Positions 1 to 10,837 of a DNA stretch of 64,000 nt are shown in pieces. Numbering within the stretch: the stretch's first letter is position 1; each line of letters opens with the position of its first letter. This DNA is from Rhizophagus irregularis (lineage: Eukaryota), in assembly GCF_026210795.1 (NCBI RefSeq), contig NC_089433.1:3100001-3164000 (forward strand). Direction: 5' to 3'. The notes below the pieces were generated by a model. It was not told where the DNA came from, did no database searches, and worked only from the letters and a program-made list of their open reading frames with translations. The translations under genes were made by a program, and so were the position numbers.

Positions 1-177
1 TTGAGTTGGATCACTTTTGAATTGCAAGAAGTTTATAATGTGGCTACAATTTCTTTACTGATTAAAATCGCTTGTATTCATCAGAATACATACACAATTT
101 ATTTTTATTACACATTAGTATCGTGCAAAACAAATATTTATTAAAATTAAACAAATACCGTGTGCTTGCAATAACTA

Positions 178-540
178 CTTTACTAAAAATAGCCAATTTT
201 TTGAAATATTTTTATAGACCTAGATACAATGGCTTTCAAAACAATTGTGCAATTATTTTGTAAAATTTTTAAAATATATCAAGATATATTTGAAGTATTT
301 TTGAGATTAAAATATTAAAATAATATCAAAGTTAATTATATTATAATAATAAAATAATAATAAAAACATTAAAAAATTATTGTGATATTATTATGAGTTA
401 TTTTTATAGACCTAGATACAATATAATTACAAAATAATAACAAAAATATAATAAAACCATTTTGATGTATTAAATGTATTTTTGTAGTATTTTAAAATTA
501 TTACAAAATCATTTCAAAAAATTGGCCATTTTTAGTAAAG
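178..540 (+). mobile_element. 363-bp MITE family A, copy 1 (TIR CTTTACTAAAAATRGCCAATTTTTTGAAAT, TA TSD)
   Basis: ~30-bp terminal inverted repeats; TA on both flanks; near-identical to six other copies in the window. Confidence 0.93.
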
Positions 541-668
541 TAATTATCGCATTATAAAACTCAAATTTGTATTAAGTTATTAAAAATTGCAAAAGTGTTT
601 GTATTAAAGACTTAAAGTACCACATTGGCGCATTAAATTTTGTTGATGCTTAATTTAAATAATAAATA

Positions 669-1031
669 CTTTACTAAAAATGGCCAATTTTTTGAAATAT
701 TTTTATAGACCTAAATACAATGGCTTTCAAAACAATTATGCAATTATTTTGTAAAATTTTTAAAATATATCAAGATATATTTGAGGTATTTTTGAGATTA
801 AAATATTAAAATAATATCAAAATTAATTATATTATAATAATAAAATAATAACAAAAATATTAAAAAATTATTGTGATATTATTTTGAGTTATTTTTATAG
901 ACCTAGATACAATATAATTACAAAATAATAACAAAAATATAATAAAAACATTTTGATGTATTAAATGTATTTTTGTGGTATTTTAAAATTATTACAAAAT
1001 CATTTCAAAAAATTGGCCATTTTTAGTAAAG
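669..1031 (+). mobile_element. MITE family A, copy 2
   Basis: Same TIRs and internal sequence; TA TSD. Confidence 0.93.
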
Positions 1032-1984
1032 TAATTAATTTTTTGAAATAAAAGTATGTACTTAACTTTTGATTCACTCATTCCATTTGAAATTTAACTT
1101 TGTCTTTTGCGATCCAAATTATATAAAATATTTTTGTAATCAATTTCAATCATAACAAGGAATTTGCATTCTAAGTAATGAATGTAGTCTGATAATAATA
1201 CTCAAAAAATGTCTAAAAAAAATTTTATAATTTGACAATTATGCTAAAAAATTAAAGATATAGTGAAAAAGAATATAATAATACTATTTTCGAATTTAAA
1301 TTTTAATTTAGTTTATTAGTTTTTGTTAATTCATTAATATAAATAATAATCAATCAGACATTTGGAAAGTGTATTATATAAATAAATAAAAAACAATAAG
1401 CAGCAAAAATAACAATTACTTATTATTTGTTACTCATTCTTTTCAATTACTTTTGTTCATTATGTATTTAAACTTATTTAATTTCAAAAATGCAGATATA
1501 CATTAAATAAACAATAACAATAAAAAAAAAATAAAAATGCCATAAATGTTGAAAAGTAATCAATAATTTAATTTAATGCTTAATAAAGTAAAGTGTTAAG
1601 TATCCGAGACAAGCGGTTGCACTGTCTACAAAGAGAAGGAAAAAAAGCTAGCAAAATTTATTTACAAATAACAAAAATAGCTGTTTCATGATCATAATAA
1701 AGATATTAAATTTTTATATTAATTCAACTCTTTTTTTTTTAATTTGAAAAAGTTGCATACGAGATTTTTTTAGCAATTAAATTTATGAGTTGTACAAAAG
1801 ACGTGTCAATTCGCACTATTGCCAATTGACGCTTAAAATCAACTTTAAAATCTTAGTTGCATTTATTTTAAAGTTTTGAATTTGTATACTTTCTTTAATT
1901 AATTGTTGCCAATCTGTTGGCCAAAATATTTATTTATTTAAATAAAGTAAATCATAAACCTCTAAAATTTTATTTTAGTAATTA

Positions 1985-2509
1985 CAGTCGCCATTGGTTA
2001 TAACGAATTTTTTTGTACCGAAAACTTGTTGTATTGAACCAAGTTTCACAGAACTGATTTTTTTATAATTAATTGCACTGGATATAACGAAATCACATAA
2101 TAAATTACTATATACCGCATCCGAACTTATTTTAGCCAGCCCAAGTATATTAGTTACATATTTAGTATACCGAACTATCACATGACTTTAATTAGTAATA
2201 TAAAAGAATGGACTACTGGAAAAATTATTTCTGCTAGTATCAGATAAAATTTTCATTTGAATAGCTGGTAAATACTTAAAAAATCGATGAACACATAAAT
2301 TTTAAATAAAATATAGTGTTATCTGTTATAGTAAGTCATGTAATCATCCGAACTTTAAATATTACAGTATATGCTGCTATAATTTAATTGGATAAAATTC
2401 ATATAGTACCGAACAGTTTGGTATATAATATGAATATCATATATCGAATTCACCATATACTGAACCAAAACGCTTGGAACGGCAGGTTCGTTATATCCAG
2501 TGGCGACTG
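1985..2509. mobile_element. Non-autonomous Tc1/mariner/pogo-like element (525 bp)
   Basis: TIRs CAGTCGCCATTGGTTATAACGAA ... TTCGTTATATCCAGTGGCGACTG flanked by TA/TA. Confidence 0.85.
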
Positions 2510-2747
2510 TATATGACTTATTTATTATGATAATTACTAATAAAAAAGAATTGGCTACGTTCAATTCCAAATTACATTTAGCGTTGTACTATTACCTGAA
2601 AGATTTAAAAAGTACCATATTATACAAAAGAAAATACATTAACTAATGTATTATTATTCAATTAATATTGATAATACAGTATTATAAAAAATTCTTTATA
2701 TATCAGTTAATTAAGGCTATTAATCCATAATAAAATTTTTCATTAAA

Positions 2748-3041
2748 ATGGAAAAAGTATCAAATCTGAATGAACAATTATTAAGTAATAAATCAAATGT
2801 AATCAAAGGTCTATATATCTCAACAGATGGAACAAAAAAATCCCGTTATGTTATCAGAACACTTAATGATCTTAGTACACTTTTAACAGGAAATAAAATT
2901 CGCAAATGTACTATAGAATATCTAAACGGAAGTTATAAACTTTTATATGATTCGCAATCAAAAGAATCACAAAATGAATATTCTTTACTGAAACCCGTAT
3001 ATTTGAAGCGAAGCAGTTGTATAGTTGTTACCTATTGGTAA
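2748..3041 (+). CDS. Small hypothetical protein (97 aa)
   Basis: ATG in aaaATGG context and protein-like composition; no recognisable motif. Confidence 0.3.
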   Translation: MEKVSNLNEQLLSNKSNVIKGLYISTDGTKKSRYVIRTLNDLSTLLTGNKIRKCTIEYLNGSYKLLYDSQSKESQNEYSLLKPVYLKRSSCIVVTYW

Positions 3042-3566
3042 CCAATAGGCATCAGGTAAGCAACTGCTTCGTTTCATATTTTTTAATTTATTGTACTATG
3101 ACATTGATAGGCAACAACTTAGCAGCGGCTTGGTGAGATTATCGATTAGCAAAATTTTGTAAAATTCGTATTTGTTATATTTATTTAAAATCGCCTAAAA
3201 AAGTCACGATATTGCTGCAGGTTGGCTGCGCAGCTCCAACGAATTAAAATGTAACACGATGCAGATCTTTTTTTTGAAAAAAAAATTTAGCTTTGATAAT
3301 TACAAAAATAAATTATAACATAGACGTATACACATCTTCTCATTAAAGTATCTATCTATCTAATTTATCTATTCTAATATCGAATAATCTTTTGCGTATC
3401 TTGAACTTCTAAAAGATGTAAATCTATTATACGTCCATAAATCCGAATCATCTAACATTAACCATTTCTAGATGATAATACCCAATCCATCTGTCGCACA
3501 CGTCTCTACTAAACTTGTCTTTTATTTTTACATGATCCATAACTTAAAATTCTTGTACAATTACTT

Positions 3567-4311
3567 TTACTCATTCTTTTCATTTTTTTTTTTGTAATTC
3601 CATACTGTTTTCCCATTTAGTATCCATATATACATTTTCACAAATTCCTTGATATCTTTAACAAAGTTGATAATGCCCTTTTTGTATCGTTTATCTCGAG
3701 ATCTACCCAGTAAGCGGTTGATAGCTTCATGAAAGATTCGTATATTAAAATCAAACATATCTGGAGTCGCTGTACGATCTGCCATACTTTACTAAAAATG
3801 GCCAATTTTTTGAAATATTTTTATAGACCTAGATACAATGGCTTTCAAAACAATTGTGCAATTATTTTGTAAATATATCAAGATATATTTGAGGTATTTT
3901 TGAGATTAAAATATTAAAATAATATCAAAGTTAATTATATTATAATAATAAAATAATAACAAAAACATTAAAAAATTATTGTGATATTATTATGAGTTAT
4001 TTTTATAGACCTAGATACAATATAATTACAAAATAATAACAAAAATATAATAAAACCATTTTGATGTATTAAATGTATTTTTGTAGTATTTCAAAATTAT
4101 TACAAAATCATTTCAAAAAATTGGCTATTTTTAGTAAAGTAATCATCTGTACTGACGATCTCCACTCAATATCTATATCCTGAATATTCATTCTCAATTA
4201 TCTATTCATGTCTAACGTTAACCATTCCGCTTTACATTTAACTTGATTATATTTTTTCATGAATTCTCTTAGACTTTCTCGCACCATTTCCAATACACCA
4301 TATATTCCCAT
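3567..4311 (-). pseudogene. Degraded ORF interrupted by MITE copy 3
   Basis: Removing the MITE plus one TA joins ...SSVQMI to MADRTAT... in frame (MGIYGVLEMVRESLREF...); one internal TAA. Confidence 0.5.
3787..4139 (+). mobile_element. MITE family A, copy 3 (10-bp internal deletion)
   Basis: TIRs, TA TSD, 353 bp. Confidence 0.93.
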
Positions 4312-6254
4312 CGATATTAATATAAACTCATCCTTTTACACGATGCAGATCTACTAACGAATTTGTTATATAAATGTAATGTGTCTCCAACGAATTAAAA
4401 TGTAACACGATGCAGATCCACTTCTAACGAATTTGTCATATAAATGTAATGTGTCTCTAGCAAATTAAAATATAACACGATGCTAACGAATTTGTTATAT
4501 AAATGTAATGTGTCAATTGAAAAAATTCCACTAAATGTAATGATATAATGTGAAAAAAAAATCAAGAAAAAGAAAATGTGAAAAAAAATACATAAATATT
4601 CGTAATATATTATTCCCTCACTCTTTTTTCTTCCAATTTCTCTCTTCATTTACGAACAAGTAAATATTAAAAATATAAATTTTAATATTAAAATATGAAT
4701 AATTAACAATTATTTTTTCCAATAGAATGTCACAATTCAAAAAAGAATCAAGCAAAAAAACTGTTCAAAAAAAAGATCATACACAAACTAATACACTTTG
4801 TTCACATGAATGCAGTGATATTCAAGGAACTTACTCAACTATTTCAACTAATTTTGGTTTACAACATATCGCTCTCCAACCTGCACCGCAATTTCCATTT
4901 GGATTGTATAGGGATTATTTGCGCCCACACCACTATTACAAACACCGTATTATTATCCTATATATGGACAGGTTTTTCCTCAAACGAATTTGACTAATTT
5001 GAGCGCAACTCCCACAAAAAGTTAGTGATATTCATTATTTAATATTGTTATTAAAGTGTTTTTAGTTTACATTAATCAGCAAATTGTAATAATGTAGAAA
5101 TATTGAAACAAAAATGTTCTGATAGTACGCGCAACGTGACAAAACAAAAAAAAGTTGAAGTAATTGAAGTTGAAGATGACATTGATAACGAAGAAGTTTC
5201 TGATTTACCTTGTAAGTAAAGTAAACAACAAGTTAAATTACTTTTTATAAATATAATTATTTTAAATAACTCTTATTTTATATTAGCAATTGATTTCTTG
5301 TTGCGTTGTTTGGATTTACATGTTGCAAAAGATCCAACTGTTAGGGAAATAATCACAGATCATTTTTTCGTAGTTCCACAGGAACTAGAAGCATTCGTTG
5401 AGATTTATAATGATGATGAATTAAGTGACTCAGAAATAGCTTCTTCGTAAGTTCAGCCATTGTTATTTAACAAAATATCTTTTATAATTAATAAATCATC
5501 AAATTAATTTTTTTTTTTACAATTAGAATGGAATTAATTCCTCGTACAAAACCTTTGTAAGTTATATTAATATTTAATTTTATCTAAATTAATTACTAAT
5601 TAATGTCTTGAATAATTATATAGTAATGATGAAGAAAAAGTGCTACAAGTAGCTGGCTACAGGCTGCCACTGATTTTTTTTACCTCTGCAAATAAATTTC
5701 CCTATAGTGAACGAACATTGGCCACCCCACCAGATGTTCTATACTGTCAAACCAATGATAAATACTATATTCAAGATGAAATTGCGGAATATTTGAAGAA
5801 TTCTGATCATGTAAGTTGTGATAAATCTTTATTTATTATCCACTAATTATTATTTATTAATTATTTCTTAATTTTTAAATTATGATTGGATTATCAATGA
5901 GTTAATAAATAAATTGCATGCTCTCTATATCAGAGTGCGTAATTTGGACAATAATAAAGCCATGCTACAAGATTTTGTAAAAATTATGCTGCCCTCAATT
6001 GCGGAATATATTCACATAATTGATAAACTTGTAGTGCATGTTAGAAAATTGTTTATTGATTGGAGAAATAAGCTTTGGGTCGCTCTCCTTAACAAATATA
6101 AAGAATTGGGTAATAGGTTAGTATTATTTTATGTATTTATTTGTTATTATATTCAAATTTTTATTTGATAATTAATTAATTTTGATTTATTTTATAGTTA
6201 TAATAAGTCATTAAGAAAATTATCAGCTATTCAAATTGCTAATATGATGAGCGT

Positions 6255-6774
6255 TGTTAACCGATTCGGTACGTTGAATAGATTAACTATGATTTGCAGT
6301 TAGGGAGATTAAGTATGTTTAACTATGACTGAAATCCAATCAAACAAGACACGCTTAAAAATAGGAAGTTCGTTTATAGTGTAAAAGGTTATACTTTATT
6401 ATAGAACTTTATAATTTCAAGAATAATAATTAATCGGAACTTAACTTATAACGAAGGAAAATACCAACGTTATTTATATAAAAGTTACTACATATAAAGA
6501 TATAATAAATATAATAGATATAATAAATATAAGAAATATAACTAATATAATAAATATAACTAATATAATAAATATAATAAATAAATTAAATATAATAAAC
6601 AAAATAATTATATCGATTATATTAAATATAATTAATATAATAAATATAATAGAAATAATAGGCTAAGTAGGCTGCGGCTAGGTCGGCTTGGCACAGTTAG
6701 GCACAGTAGATCCTAATTTTCCACATGATCTTCTGGCGTAGTAAATTTAACTCTACACGTGACTAGGGGTAACA
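6255..6774 (-). repeat. 3' LTR (520 bp)
   Basis: TGTTAACC...GGTAACA; differs from the other LTR by about 3 substitutions and a 1-bp indel as read by eye. Confidence 0.97.
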
Positions 6775-6776
6775 GG

Positions 6777-6787
6777 TTCCTCCTCTT
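6777..6787 (-). promoter_or_regulatory. Polypurine tract AAGAGGAGGAA
   Basis: Purine run 2 nt before the 3' LTR on the minus strand; overlaps the stop codon of the 137-aa ORF. Confidence 0.85.
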
Positions 6788-7199
6788 AATTTGCAGCTCC
6801 TGCGAAAATCAATAAATTATTTCTAAGTTTCCTTATCTGAGGTCTGGTAATTTTCCTAATAACCTGGACATCTAGTTTCTTCGTCCTTAAGATTTGTTCC
6901 GGAAAAAACTCAAAAATATCAAAAGTCTTTTCTACAATTGTTGCATAATGTAATGACATTTTATGCTTGTATTTCAATCGTTCGCTAGGAGTTGGTAGTT
7001 GGTCTAGAAGTTGTCCTAAATAGAAAGAGTTAATCATCGCCAATTGTGTGTCCTTTAGTCGTATTGACTTCGTTACACTTCTTAGAGTTGCAGAAAATTT
7101 AACTTGGAAATCTTCTTCTTCCAAGTAGGGCGGCGGTGGAAAATTAATTTCTTCTGAAGTAGTTTGTTGAATATCTTCTAATATTTCTGAAAAATCCAT
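6786..7199 (-). CDS. Accessory ORF of the retrotransposon (137 aa, unknown function)
   Basis: Intact ORF, aaaATGG start, TATATATA at ~7244-7251, stop overlaps the PPT. Confidence 0.75.
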   Translation of the reverse strand: MDFSEILEDIQQTTSEEINFPPPPYLEEEDFQVKFSATLRSVTKSIRLKDTQLAMINSFYLGQLLDQLPTPSERLKYKHKMSLHYATIVEKTFDIFEFFPEQILRTKKLDVQVIRKITRPQIRKLRNNLLIFAGAAN

Positions 7200-7692
7200 T
7201 TTTCTTCAAGCGGTTTAAACTCTTTTGTCAACTTATCCACATCTATATATATGTTTTAAATTCCTGTAGATCATTTTGCTGATTAGATTTTTGTTTATTT
7301 CTGATGAGATTTTTGTATTACTTATCATGTTTTACCACATCTATCAGTTATTTTTAGCGCTTAAATTATTTAACCGCATTTTTCTATTTTAAGATTATTT
7401 TTCCTTGTTCTAAAAATATCTTCACATTTTTCTCTAGAACTTTCCAGAAATATTTTCAAAAGTGATTTTTGTGCGTCTTACGCGTCCACATTTTTCATAA
7501 TTTTTCACGTCATGATTTTTCGTGATATTTTTGTTGTGCCTGATCTTAACGTGTTTTCGCGTCGTGCCTATTTCTTATATAAGGTCTAAATTTTTCCCTT
7601 TCCCTTTTTCTTATCTTCACGTAAAATCTTTGATATTATCCCAAAATTTTTCCAAAATTTTCTTTGTCTACCTATCTATCTATCTACCTATC

Positions 7693-8388
7693 ATGACCTG
7701 TCGTCGATCTAATACCTCACGTCAGAAATCTCGAGCAAGATTTCAAAGGCTTAAAGAAGCGCGTAAGATGAAAGTTCGTCAACTTGAAGGTGGGTATTGT
7801 ACGCAAGGTTCTTAAGATGTCTCTTGAACGGTATGATTGCCTGTAGACAGGGTTTCGACCTTATATCCGGTTCTTGAAAGGTTGATTTTGCGCAGCTTGT
7901 AGACGGGGTACTTGTACTTCTAGGATATTTAAGTCTTGAAAGGCCTCTACCTGTAGAACTCTTTTGTGCTATCGATTTATTCACTTAGTTTTTAACTAAC
8001 TTGGAGTGACCATAAATCTCCATTTTTATTTCTAATAGAGGATCTTACAAAAGCTAAAGAAGAAAAAGAAGAACTTGAAGAGAAGTTTGAAAATTTGCTG
8101 GAGATGGGGACCCATAAGAGTCTCGAGACGGAATTTCATAATAAAATCTGGGCTGGAGAGCAGCGGAAATTATGGGAGGCCCAAAAGTTAATCATCGACC
8201 AACAGCGAACAATAGAAGGTCTGGAAGAAGGAGTTTGTCAATTAATTTCTCATAATATAAGCTTGCAGAGTAGTAGAGGTCGTGCTGAAGCAGCATTTGA
8301 AGAAGCAAAACAAATGCTTTTTGAGGAATGTAATATAATTTTGTCAAACGGTTCTACTTCTAATCCTAGTTATGAAGAAGTTGATTAA
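7693..8388 (+). CDS. Spliced antisense gene inside the retrotransposon: basic region plus coiled coil (bZIP-like), 148 aa; exons 7693-7789 and 8039-8388
   Basis: Donor G|GTGGGT at 7790, acceptor TCTAATAG at 8038; in-frame join MTCRRSNTSRQKSRARFQRLKEARKMKVRQLE-EDLTKAKEEKEELEEKFENLL; TATATAA at 7576. Confidence 0.72.
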
Positions 8389-8616
8389 ATAAAAAAAATT
8401 TCTTCTTTCTGATTTTCCCTATAATTTTCTAATATATTTTTGTAATAAATTTTTCACTAAGTTTTTCACAATAGAATTTCTAAAATTTTTCATTTTTTTA
8501 ATAAATTTTTCTGGGGCATCGAGTCGTAAATTCATTTTGATCGTCTGTAACACTTGTAAATCGTACTAAGTAAAATTAATTATTTGCCACGAGTTGTAGA
8601 TCTTAATCGTGACTAA

Positions 8617-9879
8617 TTATACTACAATTATTGGTTCCCAATTTTGTCGATCATGATACAATTTTAATAAACTTCCATTTACAGGAGTTCGTAAGACTTT
8701 TCCATCTATAGTTCGTAATTTGTACGCTCCTTTTTCTCCAACTTGATGAATATAGTATGGTCCTTTCCATTTTGGATTTAGTTTTCCAGTCCATTGCTTT
8801 TCTTTTGCTGCGTCATAATATAAGACTTTGTCTCCAATAGAAAATTTTATTTGATGACGTAATTTTCTATCATGTCGTTCTTTTTGTTTTTGTTGAGATA
8901 TTTCAATATTTGTCTTAGCTATTTCAATTTCCTGAGGTAGTTGGTCAACTAAATTTTCTATGTGATTTATTAAAGTTGGAGTTCCATTATTTTCTAATGA
9001 ATCAGTTGGTAGTTTAGCATCTCGTCCATATAATAAAAAGAAAGGTGCGATTTTTGTAGTCGAATGTTTTGTAGTACGATAAGCAAATAAAATTGGTGCA
9101 ATATAATTATCCCAATTATCAATATAATCTGTTGATAATTTTGCTAAAGATTCTGATAAAGTACGATTAAATCTTTCTACAAGTCCATTTGTTTGAGGGT
9201 GGTATGGCGTTGAAAATAAATGTTTTATCTGAAATTTTTCCATTAATTTTTCAATTATTTGATTTCTAAAATGAGTTCCTTGATCTGATAATATTTTTGC
9301 TGGACATCCATGTCGACAAATTATTTCTTCATAGATAAAAAGTGCAGCTTGTTCTGCAGTAGCTTCTTTTACAGGTCGTGCTTCTGGCCATTTTGTTAAA
9401 TAATCCATTGCTGTAATTATATATTTGTTTCCATTTGTAGTTATAGGTAAAGGTCCTACAAAATCTATTCCTATTTGATGAAAAGGACTTTCTACTGGAA
9501 TAGGATGTAAAGGTAACTTTGTCTTTTGTTTTCTTCTTCGTTGGCAAGAGTCACATGACATGACATAAGATCTGATGTTATTGTACATTTGTGGCCAATA
9601 ATATCTTGATTGAATTTTGTCAAACATTGTATCAACTGAAAAATGCGCAGCAGTAGGGTCATTGTGGAACATAAAAAGAACTGGTTCCAATTCATGTCTT
9701 CTAATTACTCGTAATAAATTATTTTGTTTCTTTTTATCCTTTTTATAAATAAAATTATTTTTGATAATAAAATATACTGATTGTTTTTGAATTTGTTGTT
9801 GTTGTTGGTTATTTAATGTAGAAGGTAATTGATTATATTTTAAATAATTATATATGTTATTGTAATGTTCGATATCCAT
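8617..9879 (-). CDS. Retrotransposon integrase in a separate ORF (frame open from 10029; likely start MDIEHY at 9879)
   Basis: HHCC zinc finger, GIDFVG / SDQG / VERFN catalytic DDE residues, KWKGPY (GPY/F) module; no chromodomain. Confidence 0.93.
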   Translation of the reverse strand: MDIEHYNNIYNYLKYNQLPSTLNNQQQQQIQKQSVYFIIKNNFIYKKDKKKQNNLLRVIRRHELEPVLFMFHNDPTAAHFSVDTMFDKIQSRYYWPQMYNNIRSYVMSCDSCQRRRKQKTKLPLHPIPVESPFHQIGIDFVGPLPITTNGNKYIITAMDYLTKWPEARPVKEATAEQAALFIYEEIICRHGCPAKILSDQGTHFRNQIIEKLMEKFQIKHLFSTPYHPQTNGLVERFNRTLSESLAKLSTDYIDNWDNYIAPILFAYRTTKHSTTKIAPFFLLYGRDAKLPTDSLENNGTPTLINHIENLVDQLPQEIEIAKTNIEISQQKQKERHDRKLRHQIKFSIGDKVLYYDAAKEKQWTGKLNPKWKGPYYIHQVGEKGAYKLRTIDGKVLRTPVNGSLLKLYHDRQNWEPIIVV

Positions 9880-9973
9880 TTTTGAAAATTTAGGCTGTCT
9901 CGTCACGATGCGGACACTTTCGCTTTCACCCTTTGATACTTTGTTAATTATAATATGTAAAAGAGGTGGACTT

Positions 9974-10837
9974 TTAGTCCAAATTGGCAATAAAAGGTTC
10001 CAAAGATACTTTGTGAACTGGTAAATCATTCATTAATCGTTCGATATATTTAAGATAATTGATATTATTTTCAAGTTGTACTGCTTGAGGTTCTTTCCAC
10101 CATTGATTATTAATAAGAAATTTGGGATTCATATCTGGCCTAATTTTTCCTAAAGTGAATCCAATGATACAGTCGTGTATAGTAGTTCCATAAAATAAAT
10201 TCTTCTTGCACATCGTACAGTATGTATGCACGTGATGATTTTCTGTATCACATTCCATGGTACAACGACTTCCACCATGATTAATTGGTTGACCAGCGAT
10301 TACTTGTTTAATTTTGATGTTTTCTAAATACATGTTCTCTAGAGCTTGGCGGTTCATACCACATATGGTCCAGACGATATGTTCTTCAATATCAATCTGA
10401 TTTTCTTCTGAATAATCAGAGAATGCATCTCCATTAATTTGTCTTTCCCACGAATTATTATATTCTTCTGTATCAATTGAATAGTTATCTTCATTACACT
10501 GACAAATAATTTCGTTACAACAACTATATGGTGATGGTGAACGGGCTGGAGGAGGTTGACAAACTTTACAAATACAATCTTCTGGATGAGGTCCATCGGG
10601 GTTGTCAAAGTCATATCGAATTCCTGAAACAATATTCATAGGAGAACTATTTCCTGATCGTTCTTCAATGTAGCTTTGCATATCGTATAATAAATTATCA
10701 CAACGATTTAACAAATCGATAGCTCTTTGAGCAGGTCTATCAGTATAATCATCTTCTGAATCTGCATCATACTCTTCATGTACTGGAGTAGAGCTTTCAT
10801 TTACATTAGTTTGTCTTTCTTTTTCGATAGAAATCAT
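9974..10837 (-). CDS. Cys/His-rich acidic domain between RNase H and integrase (287 aa), in frame with pol after a single TAA
   Basis: HPEDCICKVC, CCNEIICQC and CTMECDTENHHVHTYCTMC...HDC clusters; TAA at 10855-10853 followed by 5 sense codons and ATG. Confidence 0.75.
   Translation of the reverse strand: MISIEKERQTNVNESSTPVHEEYDADSEDDYTDRPAQRAIDLLNRCDNLLYDMQSYIEERSGNSSPMNIVSGIRYDFDNPDGPHPEDCICKVCQPPPARSPSPYSCCNEIICQCNEDNYSIDTEEYNNSWERQINGDAFSDYSEENQIDIEEHIVWTICGMNRQALENMYLENIKIKQVIAGQPINHGGSRCTMECDTENHHVHTYCTMCKKNLFYGTTIHDCIIGFTLGKIRPDMNPKFLINNQWWKEPQAVQLENNINYLKYIERLMNDLPVHKVSLEPFIANLD

Noticed and set aside
7751..7984. 77-aa minus-strand ORF as a further accessory or env gene
   Set aside because: Short, overlaps the intron of the antisense gene, and shows no motif or transmembrane segment
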